A stretch of DNA of 64,000 nt from Octopus vulgaris (Eukaryota): assembly GCA_951406725.2 (NCBI GenBank), contig OX597819.1, positions 76,446,001 to 76,510,000 of the forward strand. The letters run 5' to 3'. Every line of letters starts with the position of its first letter. Position 1 is the stretch's first letter. The position numbers and the translations under genes were made by a program. Below are positions 26,282 through 39,470 of this stretch, one piece after another. Under the pieces are notes generated by a model. It had not been told where the DNA came from. It ran no database searches and was given only the letters and a program-made list of their open reading frames with translations.

Positions 26282-26771
26282 TATAATAATATAAATAATA
26301 TATAAATATATGCACATATACATATATGTACATGCCTACATATATATGTATATATACATGCATATATGGGTAAAGGACATCAAAAAGACGTTGAACACAA
26401 TGAGAAAGGAAAACATATAAAAAAAAACATGGAAACGAACTTTTTTTTCGAACAACGAAGAAACAAACGTGGAGTAGATGAAACAGGGACAACTGAAGAA
26501 GGAGAATATTCTTTATGTTGTATGTCTCGTTTCTCTGTTTTTTTTCGTTGTTCGAAAAAATGTTCGTTTCCATGTTTTTGTTTTTATGATTTCGTTTCTC
26601 ATTGTGTTCAACGTTTTTTGGATGTCCTGTATACATATATGCATGTATATATACATACAGTTTTTGGATATCCTGTATACATATATGCATGTATATATAC
26701 ATATATATATGTAGGTATGTACATATATATAAGTATATATGCATATATTTATATATTATTTACATTATTAT
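26282..26771. repeat. ~490-bp fold-back (inverted repeat) element
   Basis: ggacatcaaaaagacgttgaacacaatgagaaa...catggaaacgaac...cgaacaacgaa (26375-26460) pairs with ttcgttgttcg...gttcgtttccatg...tttctcattgtgttcaacgttttttggatgtcc (26543-26628); symmetry continues into the AT-rich flanks; opposite-strand ORFs give near-identical peptides. Confidence 0.9.
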
Positions 26772-26814
26772 GCATATATACACATATACATATATGTAAA
26801 TATTCTATAAGCAT

Positions 26815-27045
26815 AATTATAATCAGGGGTTAGCTAATTGCTTCGCCACGCACCGAATTTTAAAATAGTAGTTAAAATAACTTTTCCGCTACTATAAATA
26901 TCTCTCAGACAGTAACACACTTCTTTTACGTAGGCAAAGAGAAAAAATAACGAAACCACACGACTCAGATTAGCTACATACGTGTTTCGGGATTAAAGTA
27001 AAGTTATATTTACTTACTTATTTCCTATCTTCTGTACAGCATTTG
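26815..27045 (-). mobile_element. Penelope-like terminal repeat carrying a hammerhead motif
   Basis: Homologous to bases 1-190 (gcttcgccacgcaccgaattttaaaatag...cgtaggcaaagag..aaataacgaaa); hammerhead motif at 26972-27040. Confidence 0.7.
26972..27040 (-). ncRNA. Degenerate type-I hammerhead ribozyme motif
   Basis: Minus strand GCTGTA-CAGAAGA-tagga...aagtaaa(tataac)tttactt...tccc-GAAA-CACG-TA-TGTAGC; stem I pairs fully (with G-U), stem II is extended, core has U4->A, stem III ACACGT consistent with CpG-decayed ACGCGT. Confidence 0.65.
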
Positions 27046-27295
27046 AAATATAAATTTGAGAGTGTTAGAATTAACTATGTAGGCGATCAAGCGCCATCGC
27101 ATAACTGATATTTAACCAACACTTCCAAAATTAAACAGCTGAAAGAGAACACGTATTTATCCTCAAATATCCACGTGTGCTGCAAGTAATCCGCAGAAAT
27201 TGCAGTTTTCGATCAGAGAGTAAATTATATTTCAATAATAATAAAAAGGTAAAATTATTTAATTAATTAATTAATTAATAATTTTACCCTTTTAT

Positions 27296-27362
<67 letters not shown>

Positions 27363-27660
27363 TATATATATATATAGAACTAGGCTATAAATACGAAGAA
27401 AGATATTTTGAAATGTACCAATACATACATACAAATACATACATACATACATGCATACAAACATACATACATACATATATACATACATATAGGCATACAT
27501 ACATCACAGTATTGTTTTAGCTTTTATATCGATATATATATTTATATGTATATAAATCTATATGTATATGTATAATTATGTATGTGTGTGTGTGTGTTTG
27601 TGTACCAATGTATATGGTATCTATATGCATATATATATAGATATATATAAATAAATATGG

Positions 27661-27982
27661 CACTATGTTCGCTTACGACGACGAGTGTTCGAGATGACCC
27701 GATCAACGGAACAGCCTGTTCGTGAAATTGACGTACAAGTGGCTGAGCATTCCAGAGACACGGATACGCTTAACATAGTTCTCAGAGATTCAGCGTGATA
27801 CAAGTGTGAGAAGGCTGGCCGTTTGAAATACAGGAATTACTCATTTTTGCCAGCTGAGCGAACTGGAGCAACATGAAATAAAGTGCCTTGCTCAAGGACA
27901 CAAGGCACTGCCGGGAATCGAACTCGCGACCTTATGATCGGGAGGAACCGAATACTCAAACCACTAAGTCACGCGCCTTCAC
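27661..27982 (-). mobile_element. tRNA-derived SINE
   Basis: Reverse complement of tgaaggcgcgtgacttagtggttt...gagttcgattcccggc...ccttgagcaaggcactttatttca.gttgctccagtt. Confidence 0.85.
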
Positions 27983-27984
27983 AT

Positions 27985-28188
<204 letters not shown>

Positions 28189-28362
28189 TTATTTAATGCT
28201 GACTGTTAAAAAAAAAGATTACTCGATACCATAGCAGAGATTACTATTAAAAATATTTCTATTTCGTCGAGTCTATCTCCTTACTACTCTGAGTTTAGCT
28301 TGTGGGTGCATAGGGTCCAGTGAGTTACTCAACAAAAATAATATATATGTGTGTATGTGTGC

Positions 28363-28406
<44 letters not shown>

Positions 28407-28759
28407 CAGCGCATGCGCATTAAAAGAAAATTAGAAAAAATATACCAAAAAGTTCGTCGACAAATATACAAGACAATTTTCAATGTTGTTAGATGCGGCG
28501 TGTACAGAGAGAAACGCTCCTAAATTGGATTTTCTGATATCGTTCGTATCAAATTTCAGATTAGTTCAGGTGTGAAATACTCCTAAATTAAGTGCATGTG
28601 ACGATATATCTATATGTTTATCTAGCATATAGCTTCGTGAATTCTCAACCATGTCATGTGGAAACTTTCTCAATACTTCAACATGCGTGGAAGTTGAATA
28701 AGAATCTATACTGCTGCTGTAGCCGCCATCACCGCCATCACCGCCATTGCTTCTGCTGC

Positions 28760-29066
<307 letters not shown>

Positions 29067-29079
29067 TCCTTTCTATCAT

Positions 29080-29670
29080 AGGCACAAGTCCTAATGTTTC
29101 GGGGGAAGAGATTAGTCGATTACATCGACCCCAGAATTTCACTGGTACTCAAGTGATCGACTCTGAAAGGTAGAAAGGCAAAGTTGACCTTGGTGGAATT
29201 TGAACTCAAAACGTAGCGGTAGACGAAATACCTATTTCTTTACTACCCAAAAGGGGTTAAACACAGAGAGGACAAACAAGGACAGACAAATGGATTAAGT
29301 CGATTACATCGACCCAGTGCGTAACTGGAACTTAATTTATTTAACCCGAAAGGATGAAAGGCAAAGTCGACCTCGGCGGAATTTAAACTCAGAACCTAAC
29401 GCCAGACGAAATACCGCTAAGTATTTCGCCCGGCGTGCTAACTTTTCTGCCAGCTCGCCGCCCTACTACTAACAATAATAACGATTTCAAATTTTGGTGC
29501 ACGGCCAGCAACTTCGTGGGCGGTGGCTAGCCGATTACATCGACTCGCTGCACAACTGGTGCTTTTTTATCGACTCCGAAAGAATGAAAGATAATGTCGA
29601 CCTCGGCGGAATTTATTCAGATCATAAATTTGGTCGTAAAGTTGAACACTGGGGATGGTGTAATCGACTT
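29080..29670 (-). mobile_element. Stacked tRNA-derived SINE copies (13544 family)
   Basis: Three partial or complete reverse copies; best one 29232-29462, ending ...ttctgccagctcgccgcc. Confidence 0.85.
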
Positions 29671-29809
29671 AACCCAATTCTTTTATTTGCCACACGGGCA
29701 AAGATGAGAGGCTCATCACAAAGACAGGTAACAATTTGTGCAGTGATTTATGTTAAGGATGGGGAGAAAGAATGGTAAAAGACAAGCGTGATACGATAAA
29801 AGTATATCT

Positions 29810-30012
29810 AGGCGTAGGCGTGGCTATGTGCTAAGAAGCTTGCTTTCCAACCATATGGTTCCAGGTTCAATCTCACTGTATGGCATCTAGGGCGGTTCGG
29901 CAAAATGGATCGATAGAATAAGTCTTGGGGTCGATTCATTTGACTAAAAAATCTTAAAGGCGGTTCTCCAGCATAGCCGCAGTCTAATAACAGAAACGAG
30001 TAAAAGAATAAA
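29810..30012 (+). mobile_element. Internally deleted tRNA-derived SINE (53487 family)
   Basis: ggcgtaggcgtggctatgtgctaagaagc...ggttcaatctc joined directly to ggcggttcggcaaaa...ggcggttctccagcat. Confidence 0.8.
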
Positions 30013-30149
30013 GACAAAATATATTTTACAACGTATATAAACGTCTACAGTAGTAGGCATATATATACAACGTCTACTGTAGTCAGTGCACGAAAGGGTG
30101 GTGTTTCAGTACTACCTTAAGGCAGGTACTAGGCTCTCACATGTCTAAG

Positions 30150-30402
30150 GGCCCAATTTTGATCTATGTATGCTATAAGGCAAAGGAAAAGTTACCTTCT
30201 CGAGCCATGCCAACTCATAAGGGCCTGTTTCCCGGTTTCATGGCACATATAATCCCCACCTGGACGGTTACTCATTTTTGCCAGCTGAGTGGACTAGAGC
30301 GAAGTGAAATGAAGTGTTTCGTTCAAGAGTACAACGTATCACCCAGTCCAGGAATCGAAACCACAATCTTACGATCACTAACCACTAAGCGACCCGCCTC
30401 CA
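30150..30402 (-). mobile_element. tRNA-derived SINE (53208 family)
   Basis: Reverse complement of tggaggcggg.cgcttagtggttag...ggtttcgattcctggact...cagctggcaaaaatgagtaac. Confidence 0.82.
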
Positions 30403-32427
30403 CTACGTATGTTGTGGCTTGCTGTCAATAAATGAATGGTATAGTGTCCTGTGCATTGATTTGACTGGGGCCTCATGGGTCCAAGGTCCTGATTCTTATC
30501 TATGCACGTTGTGGCCTGGTGCCAATAGATAATGATATAAGGCAGTGATTTGCCCGGGTGTCCTCTAATAATGCTATGACGGCTCTGGGTAGGTTAACAC
30601 TTTGTTACATTGTAGGTTTCCATGCGGTGCTGTCGCTGCTTCGGCTCTTTTCAGTCTGAGTTCGAATTATGCCTTCAGTCAACGACAAAAGTATGTTATT
30701 CCGAAACTGATAAAAAACGGTGTTAGTCTTGGAATATACTCCAGCAAGAATTTCAGCGGATCTCTCTCCATACCAACTCACCAACTGGGAGGAGGGAAGA
30801 CAAGGGGAACCCTGCTATGTACATATATACATATAACCACGCATACGTGGTTATATTTATGCTTGTATATATTTACACACATATATGCATATACATACAT
30901 GCACACAGATGTGTGTATGTGTATGTGCATGTGTGCGTGCGTGTACATGCTTGTGTGTGTATGTGTGTGTGTACATATACGCTAACAACCGTACATACGC
31001 ATTCATACAAGCACACGTACTCTCACGCAAAACAAAACTCACCATATATACATAAGAAATTATATTTATATGAATAAATGAATAAATATAAATTTCTCTC
31101 CTATAAAATTTATATAAATAACCTTTTTTATTTCATGTTATTAATATCTGCATCATCATCATCATCATCATCATCATCACCATCATCATCAAAATCATGG
31201 TGATCGTCGCCGTCGTCGTCCTCATCATCACTACCTTCATCATACCCTTTAACATAAACAGCATGGCAAATATTGCTGATTTTAGTGATTTTTGTGTTGT
31301 GTCTTACACCCATCCACCCATCCGTCGCTGTTTTTATTCTGCATATTATTAGTTCTATATTTATTTATCTTATCTCAAATTTCCATGCATTTCACATCGT
31401 GCAATCATCCAGAGAGATGGCAAAATCTTCTGGAAAATAATGTTGAATGTAAATGTAGGTATTACAGAGATAAATCTCTATACTTCTGAAAGTAAATGCC
31501 CGGAGAGAATTAGATGTACTAAGAGAAGAAATCTACATAATTGATGAAATTTCCCCTAGGAATAAACGAGTGTGAGAAATGTCAGGGAAGATAGGTAAGA
31601 AATCCACCACAAACAATCAACATACTTCGCCATGACGAAATAATCAAATTATCTCTAAAAATTGGCACGGGGCCACAGATTTTGGGGAACACATGCGTTT
31701 AAATTATCCCCAGTGCTTGACTAGTATTTAGTCTACTGGTGGATAGACGGACTGGGTTAACTGTACAAAAACTGATCCCAACTGATGTAGGAGGCTTCCT
31801 TTTTATTAGAAATTGTTATAGTCGCTATTGCTGTTGTTCTTGTTTAGTCTCCCCAAATCTTCGATTGGGTTATTTATTGACCAAAGAAATAGCATGTACA
31901 ATGAGTGCCGTCTTAAGAGATGAGTACACTAAGCACTTTCGTAGAAGCACCACGAGTCTAAGGATCTAATGCAAATCTATGTATGCTGTAGGAGTCGCTT
32001 TATGAGCTTCAAAGTATTGCTATTCCCAGCGGCATAGCAGCTAAACGAAAGAAGTTGGCCGAATTCATGCACTTGGTAAAGCGCTATGGTATATTGTCAT
32101 TTGTTTAAATCTTATAGCAGATACGTATAATAAGGCAGTCCTGTTACAGCCATCCAATCTGCTTTGCATATTAGACATTACAATGTTCGGCATATGACTT
32201 TTTTTTTTTTTAATGAAGACTTTATTGCTTCATTTCAGAGACTTTTGGGCGGTTATTGCTAGCATATGAGTTGCCAGGGAGTGTCCCCATCGTTGGTTCT
32301 ATAATTTGCCTTTTCGATATTCTGATAATTGAAAAATTATACTGCGTTAGCTGGTGGTTTCCTCTCAATACATATATCAACGTCCGGGAATATCAATGCA
32401 CTTTTTTTTTCTGATTGGCTTATATTA

Positions 32428-32652
32428 TCTTCTTCTTCTTCTTCTTCTTCTTCTTCTTCTTCTTCTTCTTCTTCTTCTTCTTCTTCTTCTTCTTCTTCTT
32501 CTTCTTCTTCTTCTTCTTCTTCTTCTTCTCTTCCTCCATCCACCTCATTCTTCTTATCTTCCTCCACCTCCTCTTCTTCTTTTTCCTCCTCCCCCTCTCC
32601 GCCACCACCTTCTCCACCACCACCACCACCACCTTCTCTACCACCACCACCA
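32428..32652. repeat. (TTC)n followed by (CCT)/(CCA) low-complexity tract
   Basis: Direct reading; source of poly-S/F/E/K ORFs. Confidence 0.97.
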
Positions 32653-32851
32653 GAATGTATTGTCATTTCTCTATATTCCATAATAGATTACTGCGTATAA
32701 TCGTACAAGCTACCACTATATCTTCTTTACTTTCATGTGTATGTATGTATGTATGTATGTATGTATGTATGTATGTATGTATGTATGTATGTATGTATGT
32801 ATGCATGTATGTATGTATGTATGTATATATATATCTATATATATATATATC

Positions 32852-32883
<32 letters not shown>

Positions 32884-32942
32884 GTGTATGTTTTATCCTA
32901 CGATAGATATATACTTTTATATAGACATGCATGAATATGGAA

Positions 32943-32977
<35 letters not shown>

Positions 32978-33871
32978 CACACAGATACACATATATATAC
33001 ATACATACGTACATACTTATGTATGTACGTATGTGTGCCCGTATTGGCTATTAATGTGCTTTTGCTTTATATAATTTCTATTACCATTTATCTACTGATT
33101 AGATATTGATTACTATTAATTCCTTTTTTCAATTAGTGTGTAAGTATATTAGAATCTATATTTTAAAAAAAAACACACACATATAACAGTAATAGTACCA
33201 GCAGTCTTTGCAGTAGTAGTAATAGCAGTAGCAACAGCGGCAGCTGTATTAATTGCAATTTGGGGAGTACAGTGTGAATCGATAAAATCGACTATACTAC
33301 ATAATTGGTATTTTCTTTTACTGATATTGAAAATCTGAAAAGGAAATTGTACTTGAGCGAAATTTGAAATCAGATCGTAAGGAGCCAGAATAAATACGGC
33401 AAGGCGTTTTCCCGACAGTCAGACCATTGTACTTGCCCACCAGAATAATAATTATTTTTACTATAGGCACAAGGCTTGAAATTTGAGGGGAGAGGACCTA
33501 TGCGATTACATAGACTCCAGTATAAATCTTGCATTAATATTATTCAGCTCGAAAGAGCCAGAGAAGTGCAGATATGTATTTCGCCCAATGCGCAAACGGT
33601 TCAATGAGCTGGCCTAATAATTTTGGTACAAGGTCAGCAGTTTAGGGAGAAGGGTTGTCGATTACATTGACCCCTATACTCAACAGGTCCTCATTTTATC
33701 GACACCAAAATGATGAATGGCAGGACCAACCGCGTTGGAATTTGAACTCTCACCGTGAAGACAGGCGCCCGGCATGTTAAAGTTTCTGCCAGATTTCCAG
33801 TAATAACAACAACAACAACAACAATAGCAACAATAATAATAATAATAATGATAATGATAATAATAATAATA

Positions 33872-36800
33872 AAACATTAATTGACATACAACATAAAAGA
33901 CAAAAACAGGACGATACAATGGATTTTCGCGTGTACATAATGTAATAATGCTAAAGATTGAATAAACTAAAACTCCCAATACGGGAGGCGCTTTAAGGGC
34001 CTCGTGGAAAACCCCACAAAAGCCACGGGTGCTTGAACAACAGTGCAAGAGCCCCTCCTTTTTTTACAGGTGCACGCTCGAATTGGTCTTTTCACACTGG
34101 TCATTCTTTCAACATTCACCCACCTTTCAACAAACTTGCTACAAGGCAAAACTTCCCTCTCCACCCTCAACTCCCTTTCCAAGTGAAACTTGAAAAAGTT
34201 GATGAGAGCTTGGCCAAAGAGGAAAATGTTTGTCTTTAGCTCGTTCAAACGGATCCACTATACTACCTCTTTCGTAACAGCCACGAGACAAATTGTCTGC
34301 CCCTCCCGGTCAAAAGAGCGCGGCGGATCAATCTTAACAATGAATTCAGCTGATAGCCGAATCCATCCACCACGCGACAGCAGGTGCTCGACATATACCC
34401 ATACGTCAGCAATACTAGAGCGTGCAGAACGGTTTCATCGTTCTGGGCGCACTTCGGGAAGGCTCGGCTGACGGCACTCCCGTGCCTATAAAGTTTATCC
34501 GGAACAGGCAGTGCCCCTCGGTAGCACTGCCAGGCAAGGGATTTCTGGAAGTTATCCATAGGCCCAGGCCCGAAAGTTCTCCGAAATAGACCGGTTAGTT
34601 GATCTTCATCGACGCCCAGCGTTTCCTCGAGAATGTCGTCGCACTTTCCCTCCACTAGCCCTTTATAGAACGCTAGAGCGGAACTATCACCGACAGCATT
34701 GCCTGTCTGGTGGAGGGCTGTGGGCGCTTGACAGTACTCGAGGTTCCAAGAGCCCCCTATCAGTCTACGCGTAATCTAGGATTGCAGCTAAGTCAAAGAG
34801 ACGAGCTGTGGAACAGTATCTCTTACAAACGGTGACCACGGCTGCTCACCGTCAAGGAACACTGGAGATGTCGCGAATTCAGCACATATCTGCGTACCAG
34901 TAACCACGGCATGCCCAGCCCTCCATTCAGCGGCTGTTGGCAGCAGCTGGAGCGCCTGACCAGTTGAACGCACCCCTTCCACAGAAAGCTGAAGAGTAAA
35001 CGCACCAACTTGGTCAACCAACAAACAGGGCAAGAGACGACAGTCAAGTGGTAATAGATGACGGATGCGATATACGCATTCGCCACCTCCCATCAACCTT
35101 TCAGGGACAGCTTCCTCCCTCTCGGCCCATTTCTGAGTGAAATTCTCTACTCTGTTCGTCACCTCGTCGTAGATCTTCTCCACGTGGAAGTCTGGACCAA
35201 AACAGTAACTTACCAGGACCGTCTGTCCAGCGACCCACCACGCTGTTGGACGGTATTGACTTGCTTCTCCAGGTGCTGAGTTGCAAGCCCACCAAATTTT
35301 CCGCGTTAATTTTTGCTCCTATTACCTCTTCATATTCTTGTTTCGCCAATCAGGTCTATATACCTGTGACTCGGCACTATGATGGTGATATCAGCATAAG
35401 AAAACAAATATCTTCCACATCCTATATTACGCAGGACACCCCTCAAAGCCTCCCACTTCTGCAGTAATGGCTCAAGAGTCAGTACATACAGAAGAGAGGA
35501 GAGAGGACACCCTTGACGGACTGAACGCAAGATACTGAATGGCTCCGAGAGGTGACCATTCACCCGAACAACCGAGAAGATGCTGCTGTACAAAGCAGCG
35601 ATCCAACCACGGTAAACTGGACCGAAACCGGCTGCCTTAAGGACAGCTGCCAAGTACTGATAATCGACCCTATCAAAGGCTTTAGATTGATCTAAATTGA
35701 TCAGAGCCCCACCTATGCCAGCTTCATTACCCACCCTCTCTTTGCTTTAGTGCATAAGATGGAGGTTATCGTGAATACTCGAGGTTGGGACGGCGCATGT
35801 TTGCGCTTCGCCAACCAGCTTGTCCATGACAAGCGCCAACATCTTGGCCAAAATCTTCAACCCTGCATTGAGCAGAGTGATGGGCCTGAAATTCTCTATT
35901 ACGTCCCCCTTGTTTGGGTCCTTTCTTAGCAGTCCCACCGCCCCTTGACAGACAAAAGTGGGAATTCTCCCATTCTGCTGCCAATTGCAGTAGACGTTTG
36001 CTAAGAGACCCGTAAACAAGTCTGGCATCGAAGTATTAAGCTCGTAGGGCAGACCATCAAATCCGGTGATCTACCTCTCGTACAACTTTTCAGCGCTTCC
36101 TGTACCTCCACCGTTGTTATCGGCCTTTTGCAGCACTCCGCCTCGCTCGCTGAGAGTCGTGGCAGGCTGTCCTGGTAGACACCGAACTCTGCCCTGTTAT
36201 CTGTGTTACCATTTGTTCCGAACAGTCGAGCGAAGTGCCGCTGAAAAGCCGCACACATCTGTTTCGGCTCGAACACCACACATCTGCTCTTGTCCATCGA
36301 AGGCCGAATAGTGGATTTACTGTCAATTTTCACCTCCACCACGCAGGCCCATCGCGACGCTTTCGTCCCTCCCCGCTTAGTGAACGTGCCTTAACTCTGA
36401 CAACACAGTCTTCGCGTTTGACGTCGAAAAATTGGTCGAAATGCCAATCTCGCCGCCAACACGTCAGCGCCTCTTCTAACTAAATCTCCCATTCTCTTTC
36501 ACTCTACCGCTAGTGCCTTGCTAAACCTAATGGATTCTACTCTAATTGACCTTTTAAGAGCAAACCATCAGTTGTTGTTGACGATTACACCTGTCAACGC
36601 CCGCTTAACTAATTCGCTAATCCGGTTTCTGTAAGCTTGACACGCCAGTAATGACGTGTTCAGCTTCCAGTAACGGGGGACCCTGTCTATGAAGCCTAAA
36701 TCGACCGTACAAATCACAAATTTGTTCTCTTTGTAGCCGGCCATGTGAAATTGTGGACACTCTATGATATCCTTGTCCGCTGGCCTACAAAATACCCTAC

Positions 36801-38470
36801 ATATATACGATCTAAATGACCCGATGCGGTTTGCTCAAGTCCACATGGGCACATTCTAGTAATCTAGTCGGTACCTGTCAGACAATTGAAAACGTGTGAG
36901 CAGGTGTTTGAGGCTTTTGCACCCCACTCTCCTAACAGATATTCCTACGCAATCGAAACGTTCATCTAAGAAAGCGTTCCAATCTACTACTAACGCTAGA
37001 GTCCGAGACGTTCCCAGGAAAATCTCCAGACGCTTGAAGTAATCAGACCACCCTGCCCCTGCCGGAGCATAGGCAGCCACCAGTCTTAAAGCAACGCCGT
37101 CAGTGTTGTTCACATCTAGGACCACCAACTTACCTTCTGGATCCAACAAGACTGCCTTTATTTCCAAATCTAGATCTTCCCGGAAAAGCACCACAGTACC
37201 ACCACCGCCCCTTTCCGGCCGGCACGGATATAGTAAGATCTCGTATCCAGAGATTTTCCGGTGTTGTTGATGTTGGTGTCGGTGTTAGTGGTGCTCTGGC
37301 GACGGATGGAAGCGGCGTCACTGGTGTTGATGGGTTTGGTTTCTGTTGCTACTGTTGTTGCTGCTGCTGCACTGGCGGTGCACCCGCTTCTGCTGTTGCT
37401 TGCAGATTTCATTGCACCTGTTGTATTTGGGGCAGCCGACCTTGAGGTGCTAGTCGCTTCCGCAAAGTTAGCACTTCGACCGCCTGCCCTCCAGAGTTAC
37501 GTCTAATCTCGTGCCGTCTGGTAAATTTATGGCCTTTTGTGCCGTCTAATAAATTTATGACGTCCAGAAGAACATAGCCGCCACCAGCCAGCATATATTT
37601 ATTTCGGGGGAGGGGGCACTTCCCCAATTTTAATTTTGGTGACGCGCCGATTTTAATTTTGGTTGGCACGAGCAGGAATTCCTCAGTTTTTAGTGGCACT
37701 GTGGAATGCTGTCTTGCTTCTTCTACCGTTGCGAAGCGTACCTCCACAGTGCCGAAAAATTTTCCTTCGCGTCACATAGGCTTTATTCGTCCATATAGGT
37801 CTTAACGCAATTTCTAATTGCTGCTGAGTTGATCGTTCTTCACATTTTGTTAATGTGTAATGATCTGTAGATTACCGTTTTTTCTGTGTTTCTTTTATCA
37901 GTTGTGGTGTGTTTAAAGAAAATATATTTTTCCTTCTTTAACAAACCTTTCACATTTCTTGAATCGTCAATAGTTAAATGAATTAACTGCTTGGTTTGTT
38001 TTACCATCATGGCGAAACCGTTGCCGCTTGGTTTGCCATTGCTCTTGTTTGGCTTTTCCCTTTCGTTTGTGTTTACTGTGTTCATGCTCGTGGTGACGAT
38101 GGCGGTGTTTTCTTCATTTACTCTTTTATTTTCTATGTTATTGCTCAGGTTCTTAGTGATGTTCGTACTTTTGCTGTTCAAAGGGAAGAAGTCTTCTCAG
38201 AACTGGTAGTCAGAACAGCCACTGCCACTCTCCACGACAGAGGAATCCATCTTGATTTTCATTGGATGAAAAAACAAATTTTTTTCTAATAGAGAGAAAG
38301 TCCAAAATTCGCCTCAAAAAGGGGGAAACATTCAAAAATTAAACCCTTTCTGCACAGCGAAAGGGGTTCGGAAAACAAAAACAATCAAACAAAACAGTCA
38401 AGAAACTTGAAAAAAACCGCAAGAAAATCCAAACTCACGCAGCGTTAAAAACACATCTTAACTCGCCGAC
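33872..38470 (-). mobile_element. Tx1/L1-clade LINE, near full-length, decayed
   Basis: ORF1 remnants 38200-37400; APE endonuclease (LRLVAAYAP, VVDWNA); RT (FRPITLLN, LDQSKAFDRVD, VRQGCPLS, SYADI); C-terminal CCHC-like region (PKCAQNDETVLHAL); flanked by AAC/AAT microsatellite. Confidence 0.93.
34066..37252 (-). pseudogene. Tx1-like ORF2 (APE endonuclease plus reverse transcriptase) pseudogene
   Basis: Collinear ORF fragments 36856-37194, 36001-36342, 35747-36028, 35330-35734, 34823-35086, 34263-34655, 33967-34248, broken by frameshifts. Confidence 0.92.
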
Positions 38471-38482
38471 AACAACAATCTA

Positions 38483-38576
<94 letters not shown>

Positions 38577-38699
38577 GCAACAACAACAACGATAATAGTA
38601 ATATGGAATAGAAAAAGAATAGGAGGGGGATAAACATGGACATTTACGCGTAAGAGAAATGTGCAGAAGATACAGTAATTGAATTAAAACTGAGAACAT

Positions 38700-39470
38700 T
38701 AAAATTAATACAGACACTAAAACCTAAACAAGAAGCATCTATAGTAATACGTATGTATGGATTAACTGACAAGACACCATATATATACAATTGATATTAT
38801 TGGAAAAGAGTCACATGAAAGTAAGACTAGTATTCGAAACTGAACTAGAAATAATAGGTATAAATACTATTTCATAAACTGCAGCTTCAACGTCGTTTGA
38901 TTTTTTTCAATGAAATGTGAAACTTAAACAGAAAAACTAAGCATATACCAAAAGCATTCTGACGCCAATACCTTAAAGCTGATAAAAATAAAATACATTT
39001 ACCCAATAGATTGAGATACTGGGATTTGATACAAGTAGAAAATCCCTACAAAACAACAAAACTGGGCCTAAGAAATACTTTGAAGAAATCAAAAGACAAC
39101 TGATTATTGTTACCTTCTATTTCTTTTTTGTCGATGTATATAGATGCAGTAAAGAACAAACGGGAATTTAACTATACTGAAGGTAAGGTCATTTATTAAG
39201 ACAATATTAAAGAGTAAACAAAAAGTAGGATTAGAATACCAAAACATATTGGGAAAAAACTGGGGTGAATAAGCACGCGATGGCTACTATCCAACAAGAC
39301 TCGATAGACAGTACATAACCGAAACTGAAATTTATCAATGTTTTAAAACATTTGTGCAAAAACAGAAACATTGGGTGTGATTTTAGCAGCTTCGGATTAA
39401 TGGCTAATCGCCACATAATAAGATAGTGTAAAAATAGATGCTGACAAGTTCAAACTAGTGAACATGTGCA
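38700..39470 (+). mobile_element. Decayed R4/Dong-like LINE fragment (post-RT region)
   Basis: Remnants resembling PKAD..RLYLP..GLIQVENPYKTTKLGL.KY (ttgatacaagtagaaaatccctacaaaacaacaaaactgggc); follows a (TAA)n tract. Confidence 0.45.

Noticed and set aside
26001-26744. Longest ORF (247 aa) and its antisense partner 26366-26833
   Set aside because: Produced by the fold-back element and TA repeats; the mirrored peptides reflect the inverted repeat
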